DNA of 64,000 bases, taken from positions 23,668 through 87,667 of the forward strand of contig JAJPGV010000039.1 of assembly GCA_021325635.1 (NCBI GenBank). Reading direction: 5' to 3'. The DNA comes from Chloroflexota bacterium (GTDB lineage: Bacteria > Chloroflexota > JAJPGV01). The translations under genes and the position numbers were made by a program. Every line of letters begins with the position of its first letter. The stretch's first letter is position 1. Positions 18,916 through 27,454 of this stretch are shown here, piece after piece. The notes beneath the pieces were generated by a model. It saw only the letters and a list, made by a program, of their open reading frames with translations, ran no database searches and was not told where the DNA came from.

Positions 18916-19034
18916 AGCTTTTCGGGCTCCTGCAGTCAAGGAAAAACCCGCCACCGGCGACCGCCGTTCTACAGCCTGCACGTCCTTCTCCATACCGGCC
19001 ATGCTCAACACGCCGCCCGGCAGCCCGGCTGGAG

Positions 19035-19071
19035 TTGATCCGCTTTTTTCGTCCTGTTTACGCAGCAATCA
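19035..19071 (+). promoter_or_regulatory. 11-bp-phased direct repeat array
   Basis: TTGA 19035, TTTT 19046, TTTA 19057, ATCA 19068. Confidence 0.5.
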
Positions 19072-19116
19072 CGGCCTGGCGGCAACACTTGGAGCAAAAG
19101 GCTCGCGAGGCAGAAC

Positions 19117-20283
19117 ATGCAGCGTCTCACTACTTGCAGTCTAGGTCGTGCCTGGGCGCCTTTGCTCGTGGCGATCGCGCTTCTCGCGGCGGGTCCGCTG
19201 GCGGCAAGGGCCAACCAGACGTCGAATAACGCCGTCGTGGTGATGGCGGATACCGGATTCCAACCCATTGCCGTCAACATCCCCGTGGATGGAACGGTTA
19301 CCTGGATCAACCGAGGATCGAGCGTCCACACCGCCACGACAATCGGCGGCGCCCCTCTGCCCTTCACCACCGGCGGACTCGGCCCGGGAGAGACAACCAG
19401 CTTCACCTTCGGAACGTCCGGCCGCTACTATTACACCTCCTCTACGGACTGCCTCAACGGAGTCAACAACGCGGCCTTCCCATGCAGTATCAGCTACCTC
19501 GTCCAGGTTGGTCCGGCTCCTTCGATCGTGCCCTATGTGCCGGCCACACCCACCCCACAACCCGCAGCTGTGGCTCCGCTGCCAGCGGTCGAGCAGCCGT
19601 CAGCGAGTGGGCTGCCCCAGGCCGCCACTCTTAACATCACGGATACGGGCATTTCCCCACGTTCGGTCAGCATCGCTCTGAATGGCAGCGTGACCTGGAT
19701 CGACCAGGGCGGCGCCGTGCATACGGCAACAAGCCTGCCGGGCATCTTCCCCGGATTCGACACCGGCGGTCTGGGCTGGGCACAGAGCGCCAACGTCGTC
19801 TTCACCACCCCCGGCAGGTATGAATACACGTCCGCTCCCGACTGCCTGAACAACAGCTACACGCCCGGCTTCGACTGCGGGCCATACACAGTGGAAGTGA
19901 GCAGTAGCCCGGTCATCGTCCCGGCGGCTCCAACGCCAGTCCCTACGCAGGCGCCATACCTCGCGGCGCCCGCCCCGAACACGACTGTTGCTCTGGACGA
20001 AGTTGGCGGCTTCCAGCCGTATACCCTGCTCATCAAGGCAGGCCAGATTGTGACGTGGACTAATCGAGGGAGCCTGGTGCACAGTGTGGTCAGCGACCCA
20101 GGCTACATCCCCGCTTTTGACTCAGGCGGGCTTGCCCCAGGCGATAGCTTCTCGGTGACGTTCAGCCAACCGGGCTCTTTTGGCTACCATTCGTCGACCG
20201 AGCCCATCTACAGCCACGACACCAGCTGCGACTGCACCGTCACCACGTACACACTCAAGGGCGTCGTCCAGGTCTCCAGCTAA
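19117..20283 (+). CDS. Secreted protein with three cupredoxin-like domains and non-canonical Cu ligands
   Basis: Signal peptide; three repeats of VTW.(N/D).G..VH, GGL..., F...G.(Y/F).Y.S. Confidence 0.75.
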   Translation: MQRLTTCSLGRAWAPLLVAIALLAAGPLAARANQTSNNAVVVMADTGFQPIAVNIPVDGTVTWINRGSSVHTATTIGGAPLPFTTGGLGPGETTSFTFGTSGRYYYTSSTDCLNGVNNAAFPCSISYLVQVGPAPSIVPYVPATPTPQPAAVAPLPAVEQPSASGLPQAATLNITDTGISPRSVSIALNGSVTWIDQGGAVHTATSLPGIFPGFDTGGLGWAQSANVVFTTPGRYEYTSAPDCLNNSYTPGFDCGPYTVEVSSSPVIVPAAPTPVPTQAPYLAAPAPNTTVALDEVGGFQPYTLLIKAGQIVTWTNRGSLVHSVVSDPGYIPAFDSGGLAPGDSFSVTFSQPGSFGYHSSTEPIYSHDTSCDCTVTTYTLKGVVQVSS

Positions 20284-20303
20284 TTTAGCGCCACAGTCAC
20301 GCC

Positions 20304-20340
20304 TTATTCGCACGTTAACGGCGAATTCATCCGCTGTTTG
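20304..20340 (+). promoter_or_regulatory. 11-bp-phased direct repeat array
   Basis: TTAT 20304, TTAA 20315, TTCA 20326, TTTG 20337. Confidence 0.5.
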
Positions 20341-20406
20341 TCGTGGTGCGGACAAGATGAAGAGAGAAGCCACACGCCTCAGAGGCGCCTTCTTAGGAGC
20401 ATCGTC

Positions 20407-21537
20407 ATGCGAGCATACCCCCAGAACCTGGCGCAGACTGTCGAGCATCTGCAGCATCGTCCCCCCGACGGGCAGGTCCTGTCTGTCTACGCGGACGTCA
20501 GCCCGCGGGCACGCACCGAAGAGCGCGTGCTGGTCGCCTTCCGAGAAGAATGCCGGGAGCTGCGCAAAGCCCTTCCGGAAGGCCAGCGGACGGCTTTCAA
20601 TCGGGCGGCGCAGCGAGCTGAGCGGCTTCTGGTTGAAGACCGAGCGCCGGCGACGGCGGGCCTGGCCGTCTTCGTTACCGAGACCGGCAAGGTGTTGGAG
20701 CAGGTCGATCTTCCGGACCCCCCACTCCCCGGCATGAGCTGGTCGGTCACGCCACGCCTGGAGCCCCTCGAGGAGGTGCTCGACGACTACGAGCGTATAG
20801 CCGTGCTGCTGTTCGACAAGGAGCGTGCGCGAATATACACAGTGTTCCTGGGGCAGATCGAAGAACGCCATGAGCTGACGGACGAAGCGCCTGGGAAACA
20901 GGCCACCGGCGAGTGGTTCGGCCTGGCCCAGACCCGTTACGAACGGCATCACATGGACCATGTGCTGCGACACGCCAAGCGCGCCACTCGGACGCTAATG
21001 GACGTCCAGCGCGAGCATCCGTTCGACCGGCTGTTCCTGGCGGGAACCGACGAGGCGCTGGCGGCGCTGCGCTCCCAGCTTCCGTCCGCGCTGCGCGCGA
21101 GGTTGGCTGGTGAGCTCCAACTGGAGCTGTTCGCCCCGGAAGGCGAGGTGCTGGCGGCAGCCCTGCGCCAGGCCGAAGCCGCGGAGCGCGCTGACGAGCT
21201 GCAAGAAGTGGCAAGGCTGTTCGAGGCTGCTCGGCAGCGCTACCCGGCGATCGGCATCGACAGCACCCTTCAGGCGGCCAGCGATGATCGCATCCACCGG
21301 CTGGTCGTAGCCGACACCTTTGGACCGACCGGTCACGAGTGCCCGCAATGCGGCTTGCTGAGCCAGGCGGACGAGGTGTGCGGCCGCTGCGGCGCGAAGA
21401 CCGAGCCGGTGCCGGACCTCAAGGAGGCAGTCGTGCAGCGGAGCCTCAAGGCCGGCGCCAGCATCGAAGTCGTCTCCGGCGAGGCCGCCGCCCAGCTCAT
21501 GACCGCTGGCGGAATTGGTGCCTGGACAAGGTATTGA
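20407..21537 (+). CDS. Bacterial aeRF1-like protein (baeRF10/Balon-like) with a C-terminal Zn ribbon
   Basis: VLSVYADV, PRLEPL..VLDDYER, DKERARIY, FDRLFLAG, CPQC...CGRC, GGIGAWTRY. Confidence 0.8.
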   Translation: MRAYPQNLAQTVEHLQHRPPDGQVLSVYADVSPRARTEERVLVAFREECRELRKALPEGQRTAFNRAAQRAERLLVEDRAPATAGLAVFVTETGKVLEQVDLPDPPLPGMSWSVTPRLEPLEEVLDDYERIAVLLFDKERARIYTVFLGQIEERHELTDEAPGKQATGEWFGLAQTRYERHHMDHVLRHAKRATRTLMDVQREHPFDRLFLAGTDEALAALRSQLPSALRARLAGELQLELFAPEGEVLAAALRQAEAAERADELQEVARLFEAARQRYPAIGIDSTLQAASDDRIHRLVVADTFGPTGHECPQCGLLSQADEVCGRCGAKTEPVPDLKEAVVQRSLKAGASIEVVSGEAAAQLMTAGGIGAWTRY

Positions 21538-21692
21538 CCGCGGGCAAACAGCCGCAATCGGCACACCTGCTGCAGCGCGGGGGCTTGTCTCCCACGGGTT
21601 AGCCGGAGCTCCCATGAGAAGGCGAACGGAGACCGGCGGGCCGTAAGAGCTGCATGGGATCAGTCGGGACGCGAACGAGCGGGCGAATGGGC

Positions 21693-22847
21693 TCAGGCTG
21701 CGCGCTGACGTTCGGCCTGGGGCCTGGCCTCGGCCAGGGCTGTCCTCAGCTCCATGAAACGGGCGATGTCGAGGAGCGTAAGCAGACCAAGGACTTGCTC
21801 CTCATCCATGACCACGACGTAGTCCGCGTGCCTGGAGCCCATCTCCGTCAGAACGTCGGTAAGAAGTCGCTCAGACGGAGAGACGATTTCCTGCTCGAGC
21901 GGATGCATGATAGCTCGCGCAGGCGTCGAGCCCCACAGCTCCCGAGCAACGCGCCGGACCTGTTTCAGATCGGCGATGCCGACCAACTGCGATGCCTGCA
22001 TCACCAGCACAGCTCGCTCGCCGTACTGGAGCATGGCAGCGGCTAGATCGGCGACGGCCGCGTCGCCTTCCACCACACGCGGCGAACCCTTGAGCAACTC
22101 GCCGACCTTCACCCCCACGAACGCCGATTGGACGTCCATTGCATGAGTGGTTTGCTCGGTCGCCTGGATCAGAAACCAACCGATGAACGCTATCCACAGA
22201 CCGCCCGCCACGTTTCCGGCAAACAGCTGCAGCATGCCAAGGGCGATGAGCCCATAAGCAACGCCCTTGCCCGCCGAAGCCGCGATTCGGGTAGCGCGCG
22301 CCAAGTCCCGTGTGATACCCCACAGCACCGACCGCAGCACACGGCCACCATCAAGCGGAAAGCCGGGCAGCAGGTTGAAGGCCCCCAGGATGGCATTGAT
22401 CAACGCCAGGTATTCCGCCATGGCCGTCAAGGGCAGACTCACCTGGGACGTCAGCAGCGACGCGGCGTACGCTACCCCCGAAACAACAAAGCTGGCGATG
22501 GGCCCCGCGATGGCAACCAGGAACTCCGTCGAAGCTCGCGTGGGCTCGCCCTTCAGCTCAGAGATGCCTCCGAAGACGAACATCGTTATGGAGTGCACCT
22601 CCAGGCCGTGGGCCCGCGCCACGAGCGAATGGCTCAGCTCATGAACGACGACAGAAGCGAATAGCAAGAGCGCGGAAACGACGGCCAGGATCCAGGTCGT
22701 TGGCCGATCGAGCAGGGGATAGCTCTCCGGGAAGTAGCCTGCGCCGAGGGACCAGGTAACCAGGGCAAAGATCAACAGCCAGCTGGCGTGAACCCGAATC
22801 TCGATGCCCCACACCCGGGCGATACGCAACGAAGCGCGCATGTTCAC
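21693..22847 (-). CDS. Site-2 protease (M50) with CBS domains
   Basis: VHELSH, AIAGP, FNLLPGFPLDGGRVL; C-terminal CBS pair. Confidence 0.95.
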   Translation of the reverse strand: MNMRASLRIARVWGIEIRVHASWLLIFALVTWSLGAGYFPESYPLLDRPTTWILAVVSALLLFASVVVHELSHSLVARAHGLEVHSITMFVFGGISELKGEPTRASTEFLVAIAGPIASFVVSGVAYAASLLTSQVSLPLTAMAEYLALINAILGAFNLLPGFPLDGGRVLRSVLWGITRDLARATRIAASAGKGVAYGLIALGMLQLFAGNVAGGLWIAFIGWFLIQATEQTTHAMDVQSAFVGVKVGELLKGSPRVVEGDAAVADLAAAMLQYGERAVLVMQASQLVGIADLKQVRRVARELWGSTPARAIMHPLEQEIVSPSERLLTDVLTEMGSRHADYVVVMDEEQVLGLLTLLDIARFMELRTALAEARPQAERQRAA

Positions 22848-22992
22848 TTCCTTCCCACCGCCTGAGGGCTAGGAGCATGCCCGGAATGCGATTCCCGGTG
22901 CATTCCCTCCGCCCGAAAAACGGATCAGCATTCGCAACGTCCGCTCCGACGGTGCCCCTCCCCCGCCGCCTTCGATCGTTCCCGGCATGGTC

Positions 22993-23490
22993 TTAGTCCT
23001 TGATAGCAAGCTTCTTCTGCGGCGGCGTAGGGCCCGACGACAGGAGGGTGACGGTGAGCATCCCATCCTTGAGCTTCGCCTCGGCCCTGTCGGCGTCCAC
23101 GTCATTGGGCAGACGAAGCGTTCGGGTGAAAGAGCTGGAGTACTGCTCTCTCACAAAGTAGTCTCTCTCGGCGGGCTCCTGCGGCTCGGTGCGCAAGCGC
23201 CGTACGGTGAGGACGTCACCTTCGATCGTGGCTTCAATCTCCTCCGGCTTGGCGCCGGGCAGCCCAATCTTGACGACGATTCGGCCGTCTTCCTTGAACA
23301 TGTCGACCGCCGGCTGCAGCTTGCCGGACGGCGGCTCGCACGGCAGCCAATCCCATGGCCACGAGGCGAGTCGCTCCATGACCTCCGCCAACCTTCGGAT
23401 CTCTGTTCTCCACGGGTCCCGCATCAGACGATCGAGCTCCAGCAGCGTCAAACGTTCTCGCTTGGTGCTTGTGTCAGCCATGTGTGCCAA
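22993..23490 (-). CDS. Hsp20/alpha-crystallin small heat shock protein
   Basis: PAVDM.....LPG.KPEEI, FTRTLRLP, AEAKLKDGMLTVTL. Confidence 0.9.
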   Translation of the reverse strand: MAHMADTSTKRERLTLLELDRLMRDPWRTEIRRLAEVMERLASWPWDWLPCEPPSGKLQPAVDMFKEDGRIVVKIGLPGAKPEEIEATIEGDVLTVRRLRTEPQEPAERDYFVREQYSSSFTRTLRLPNDVDADRAEAKLKDGMLTVTLLSSGPTPPQKKLAIKD

Positions 23491-23509
23491 TCAACCTCCT
23501 TAGCCGGCC

Positions 23510-26110
23510 TCACGCGGCCGGATTGGCGCTGGGCTCACCGCGACCTCGCCCGGGAGCCGGCTGCCGCCGCCTCAGACGTGGCGTGCGTGGCCCGACCTCC
23601 GCCGGAGTGCGCTCGCGCAACTCGGGCTGCTCTACCGGCCGGTTGTAGCTTTTCAAGCGCTCGGCGTATTCCCGCAGCCGGTGATCGACCGAGCCGTTGA
23701 CGGTGCCGTCCGGCCACGTTTCATCGAGGTCACGCCGGCCGGCAGGAACGCCAGCAAGAATCTCGATAGCTTGGTCCACCGTATCCACCGCCCAGACGTG
23801 GAAACGCCCCTCACGAGCGCTGTCGACGATGTCCTCCCTGAGCATCAGGTGGTTGACGTTCCGCCGCGGGATGATCACCCCCTGATCGCCGCTGAGACCC
23901 TTCGACTTACAGGTGTCGTAAAAGCCTTCGATCTTGCGGGTTACTCCCCCAACCGGCTGGACCTCGCCCAACTGATTCACCGAGCCGGTGATGGCAATGT
24001 CCTGCCGCAACGGCACGGTACCCAGCGCCGACAGGAGCGCGCACAGCTCGGCGCAGGAAGCGCTATCGCCCTCGATCTCGTCGTAGGTCTGCTCGAACGT
24101 GATACGCGCAGCCAGCGCCAGCGGCTTGTCTTGGGCATATCGGGCCATGAAGAACGTAGTCAGGATGAGGAAGCCCTTGTTGTGAATGCGGCCACTGAGC
24201 CTGGTCTCCCGCTCCAGGTTCATGACCCCCTCGCTGCCGAGGGATGTTTGAGCCGTAATGCGCACCGGCCGGCCGAAAGAGTAGTCGCCAACGTCCAGGA
24301 CCGACAGCGCGTTGACCTGCCCAACGCGGGACCCGGACGTATCGATGAGCAGGGTCCCTTCCTCCATGAGGTCGCTCAGCTTCTCTTCGAACAGGTTGGA
24401 GCGGAAGGTCCGGGCCTCGATAGCCTGCCGGACGTGTTCGGCAGTTACTATCTGGCCGCCCGCCTGGCCCGCCGCGTGACTGGCTTCCACAACCACGTCA
24501 CCGATGTCCTTGAAGCGGGCGCTGAGCCGGCCCTGATGCTCGGTCAAGCGAGCGCCGTATTCGGCAATCTTGGCGACGGCGCTTCGGTCGAAATGCCTGA
24601 GCTTGAGCTCCCGAACCTGGCTGCTCACAAACCCGGCGTAGCTTGCCAGCTGCTCGGCATTGGTCTTGAGCTCATTGTCGAAGTCGGCCCGAACTCGGAA
24701 GAGCTTCGGAAAGTCCTCGTCGTAGAAATACAGGAGGTAGTAGATGCGCGGCAGGCCGATCAGGACGACCTTCACGTCCAGTGGAATGGGCTGCGGGCGC
24801 AGGGTCGCGGCCGGAAAGGCCATGTACTGCTCGCCCAGGTTCTCGATTCGCAGCTCGCCGGTCTGCAGAGCCCTCTTGAGTGTATTCCAGGCAAATGGGC
24901 TGCCCAGAACATCCAGCGCGTTGAGCACCAGGTAGCCGCCATTCGCCCGATGCAGAGCGCCGGCCTTGATCATCGCGAAATCCGTGACCATGGCCCCGAG
25001 CTGGCCGCGGTACTCGATCCGGCCCAGCAGGTTGTAGTACGTGGGGTTGGACTCGAACACCACGGGGGCGCCGGCCAGACCCTGGTTGTTGACCAGGACG
25101 TTCACCTGGTAGCGCCTGAAGACGGCGTCCTCAGCCTCACCACGCATCTGCTGGAGAAGCTGGGGCAGGGAACCCTGCTCCGACTCGCCGGCCTCACCCT
25201 GGCGCCAGATCTCCTCGTCATGAGTCACCAGGTCTTCCTGGGCCTGCAGCAGGTAATCGACAATCGCCGGTTGATCCTGGTACTTCTCCTGCAGGACCTT
25301 GATGAGCGGGGCAATCGTCGATCGCGCCACCTGCTGATGCAGCTCGGCCATGCGCTCATGGGCGTCCTTTTCGAACTGCCGGATCTGCTCCCACACGTCC
25401 ATGAAGGCTCGACTGATCTCCTCGCCATGCTGGAGGAGGCCGGCACGCTTGTCCTCCGGCAGACTATCCAGCTCTTCAGGCTTCATCGGCCGGCCGTGCA
25501 CGATGGGGATGACAGCCGGACCGCCGGGAGTGATGGTGATGCCCAGGCCTTCCTTTTCCGCCTGCTCACTGAGGCCGTGCAGCAGCCGGTCGCGGGGCTC
25601 GGTAACCGCTCTGTGCACCTCTTCTTGCGCCCGCCGGTACTCACGGCTTTCGAACACGCGCCGAAGGTCTCGCCGCACGTTAGCAATCAGTTGCCGCACG
25701 TCCTCCTGGAACACCACCGCTCGGCCCGGTGGCAGGCTGATGGCGGCAGGTTGAGCCGGGTCCTTGAAGTTGAAGACGTAGCACCAGTCGTCAGGGGCCG
25801 GGCGGCGAGCTGCCAGCTGGCGAAGATACAGCGCCGCGGTGGTCCTGCGGCCGGTTCCGGAGGGCCCGGCGACGAAAAGATTGAAGCCCGGCGCCTCGGT
25901 GGCGAGGCCAAAGGACAGCGCGCTGAGTGCACGCGGCTGACCCACCGTCCCATCCAGGGGCGGTACCTGCTCGGTGGTGTCGAAGGGAAAGGCCGTCGGA
26001 TCGCACGTCCAGCGCAGCTGCGCCGGCGAAACTTCGAGCGGACGGGTATCCACTGCGTCTGGGGTCGGTTGCTGGCCGTTTGGCGACGGCGGGCGGGCGG
26101 ACCTGTCCAT
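23510..26110 (-). CDS. Lon-like protease of the LonC/AAA_32 type
   Basis: GQPRA, GALHRANGGYL, Ser-Lys dyad EGDSAS...KIEGF; degenerate Walker A GPSGTGRRT. Confidence 0.9.
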   Translation of the reverse strand: MDRSARPPSPNGQQPTPDAVDTRPLEVSPAQLRWTCDPTAFPFDTTEQVPPLDGTVGQPRALSALSFGLATEAPGFNLFVAGPSGTGRRTTAALYLRQLAARRPAPDDWCYVFNFKDPAQPAAISLPPGRAVVFQEDVRQLIANVRRDLRRVFESREYRRAQEEVHRAVTEPRDRLLHGLSEQAEKEGLGITITPGGPAVIPIVHGRPMKPEELDSLPEDKRAGLLQHGEEISRAFMDVWEQIRQFEKDAHERMAELHQQVARSTIAPLIKVLQEKYQDQPAIVDYLLQAQEDLVTHDEEIWRQGEAGESEQGSLPQLLQQMRGEAEDAVFRRYQVNVLVNNQGLAGAPVVFESNPTYYNLLGRIEYRGQLGAMVTDFAMIKAGALHRANGGYLVLNALDVLGSPFAWNTLKRALQTGELRIENLGEQYMAFPAATLRPQPIPLDVKVVLIGLPRIYYLLYFYDEDFPKLFRVRADFDNELKTNAEQLASYAGFVSSQVRELKLRHFDRSAVAKIAEYGARLTEHQGRLSARFKDIGDVVVEASHAAGQAGGQIVTAEHVRQAIEARTFRSNLFEEKLSDLMEEGTLLIDTSGSRVGQVNALSVLDVGDYSFGRPVRITAQTSLGSEGVMNLERETRLSGRIHNKGFLILTTFFMARYAQDKPLALAARITFEQTYDEIEGDSASCAELCALLSALGTVPLRQDIAITGSVNQLGEVQPVGGVTRKIEGFYDTCKSKGLSGDQGVIIPRRNVNHLMLREDIVDSAREGRFHVWAVDTVDQAIEILAGVPAGRRDLDETWPDGTVNGSVDHRLREYAERLKSYNRPVEQPELRERTPAEVGPRTPRLRRRQPAPGRGRGEPSANPAA

Positions 26111-26134
26111 GCACTCATGCTCCCCTCCGGGCGC

Positions 26135-26171
26135 TAAACGCCCACTAAAGCCGCTGGCAACCGCCGATAAA
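26135..26171 (-). promoter_or_regulatory. 11-bp-phased direct repeat array
   Basis: + strand TAAA 26135, TAAA 26146, GCAA 26157, TAAA 26168. Confidence 0.55.
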
Positions 26172-26215
26172 TTCCGCCCCTGGCTCGGGCGGGGGCGCTT
26201 GTGGCCGAAAGCCGC

Positions 26216-26404
26216 TCAGTCTTGGATGGGAGCGAGCTCCGGAAGGCGCGCCAAGAAGGACACGATGATTTGCTCGTCCTGCTTCAGTCCCTGCCGAAAC
26301 TCATAGTTCTCCGTGTCCCGGATCTCCATCCGCAGGTCGCCCAGGTAGTTCCGCAAGACACCCCCGATCACGGCTACTTCTTGGTCGCTGAAATCGAGTT
26401 GCAT
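26216..26404 (-). CDS. Small hypothetical protein (62 aa)
   Basis: RBS AGGAG; helical sequence LRNYLGDLRMEIRDTENYEFRQGLK; has its own phased-repeat promoter. Confidence 0.7.
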   Translation of the reverse strand: MQLDFSDQEVAVIGGVLRNYLGDLRMEIRDTENYEFRQGLKQDEQIIVSFLARLPELAPIQD

Positions 26405-26446
26405 AAGCCACCTTCTCCTGTTGCTTCGAGCCTAGGAACGAGGAAG

Positions 26447-26483
26447 CCAACACCCGGCAAATGACACGAAAACGTTGCATAAA
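26447..26483 (-). promoter_or_regulatory. 11-bp-phased direct repeat array
   Basis: + strand CCAA 26447, CAAA 26458, AAAA 26469, TAAA 26480. Confidence 0.45.
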
Positions 26484-26613
26484 CGGCGAACGCACTGGGG
26501 CTTCACGGTCGCCGCTGTCCCTCCCTGCTCGCGCCGGACGTGCCCGCACAAATCGGGCCCTGCTCGTTGGCCCGTGCATGGTCATCCCCCTCTCTGCCGG
26601 CAGCAGGACCGGC

Positions 26614-26650
26614 TTTAGCACCCGTTTGCACGTCCTTGACGGGAAGTTCG
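26614..26650 (+). promoter_or_regulatory. 11-bp-phased direct repeat array upstream of the coo-pnt operon
   Basis: TTTA 26614, TTTG 26625, TTGA 26636, TTCG 26647. Confidence 0.55.
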
Positions 26651-26713
26651 CGCGGCGCTGCCTACCGTACTCCTGTAGGCCTTGCCTCACATCAACCAGC
26701 AGGTGCAGACGTC

Positions 26714-27454
26714 ATGACCATGGGGCTTCGATCCGAGCGCCAAAGGCGGGCGCCACGCAGCGTGTTCGTGAACCCCGAGCACTGCATTGGCTGCCGCCAG
26801 TGCGAGTTCGCCTGCGCTGTCGAGCACTCGCGGAGCAACGACCAGTTCGCCGCCTTCCTCGAGGATCCTGTGCCTCGCACGAGGGTGCACGTCGAGGCGG
26901 GGGACGTGCCCTCGACCTCGTTCCCGAACCGCTGCCGCCATTGCGATCCGGCTCCCTGCCAGCAAGTCTGCCCGACCGGAGCCGTCAGCCGCGACGACGA
27001 GATGGGCGTTGTCCTCATCGAGGCTACGCGCTGCATCGGCTGCGCCATGTGCGCCGTCGTCTGCCCGTTCGACGTCATCAGCTTCTATCCGCTGGCCGAA
27101 GGGCCCGATCCACAGACCGCCGTCGCCGTCAAGTGCGACGGTTGTATCGACCGACAGCGCCGCCACGAGGTTCCGGCTTGCGCCGAAGCCTGCAAAGTGG
27201 AAGCGCTGGTGTACGGCGAGCTGAACGAGCTGATCCGGTCCGGCCGGGTGCGCGAAACCCGCGCGGTGCTAGGGGCGGCGGACCTCACTCACCAGCCAGC
27301 CGCCGACCCGCTCGCCGGCTGGCACGCCTGGGGTGATGAAATCCTCACGGTCGCGGCCGCGGCGCACATGCCGGGGCACAACCACCATAACGGGCACGGC
27401 AATGGGCACGGCCCGGCCAAGAGCACTAACAAGAGCGATGGAGGTTCCCGATGA
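26714..27454 (+). CDS. cooF: CooF-type 4x[4Fe-4S] electron-transfer subunit with a His-rich C-terminal tail
   Basis: CIGCRQCEFAC, CRHCDPAPCQQVCP, CIGCAMCAVVCP, KCDGC...PACAEAC; overlaps cooS by ATGA. Confidence 0.9.
   Translation: MTMGLRSERQRRAPRSVFVNPEHCIGCRQCEFACAVEHSRSNDQFAAFLEDPVPRTRVHVEAGDVPSTSFPNRCRHCDPAPCQQVCPTGAVSRDDEMGVVLIEATRCIGCAMCAVVCPFDVISFYPLAEGPDPQTAVAVKCDGCIDRQRRHEVPACAEACKVEALVYGELNELIRSGRVRETRAVLGAADLTHQPAADPLAGWHAWGDEILTVAAAAHMPGHNHHNGHGNGHGPAKSTNKSDGGSR

Noticed and set aside
21540-21690. GGGCAAAC suggestive of a c-di-GMP-I riboswitch
   Set aside because: It lies between convergent gene ends and lacks the downstream GGGACGCAAAGCC-like element.
22883-22906. Inverted repeat GGAATGC-N10-GCATTCC upstream of the S2P gene
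   Set aside because: A single occurrence with no U-tract; it cannot be assigned as an operator or terminator.
23681-26137. 818-aa ORF antisense to LonC, and similar long antisense ORFs (27610-29307, 46741-47718, 9131-10252, 15253-16377)
   Set aside because: Shadow ORFs caused by high-GC codon bias; they have no motifs and lie opposite well-supported genes.
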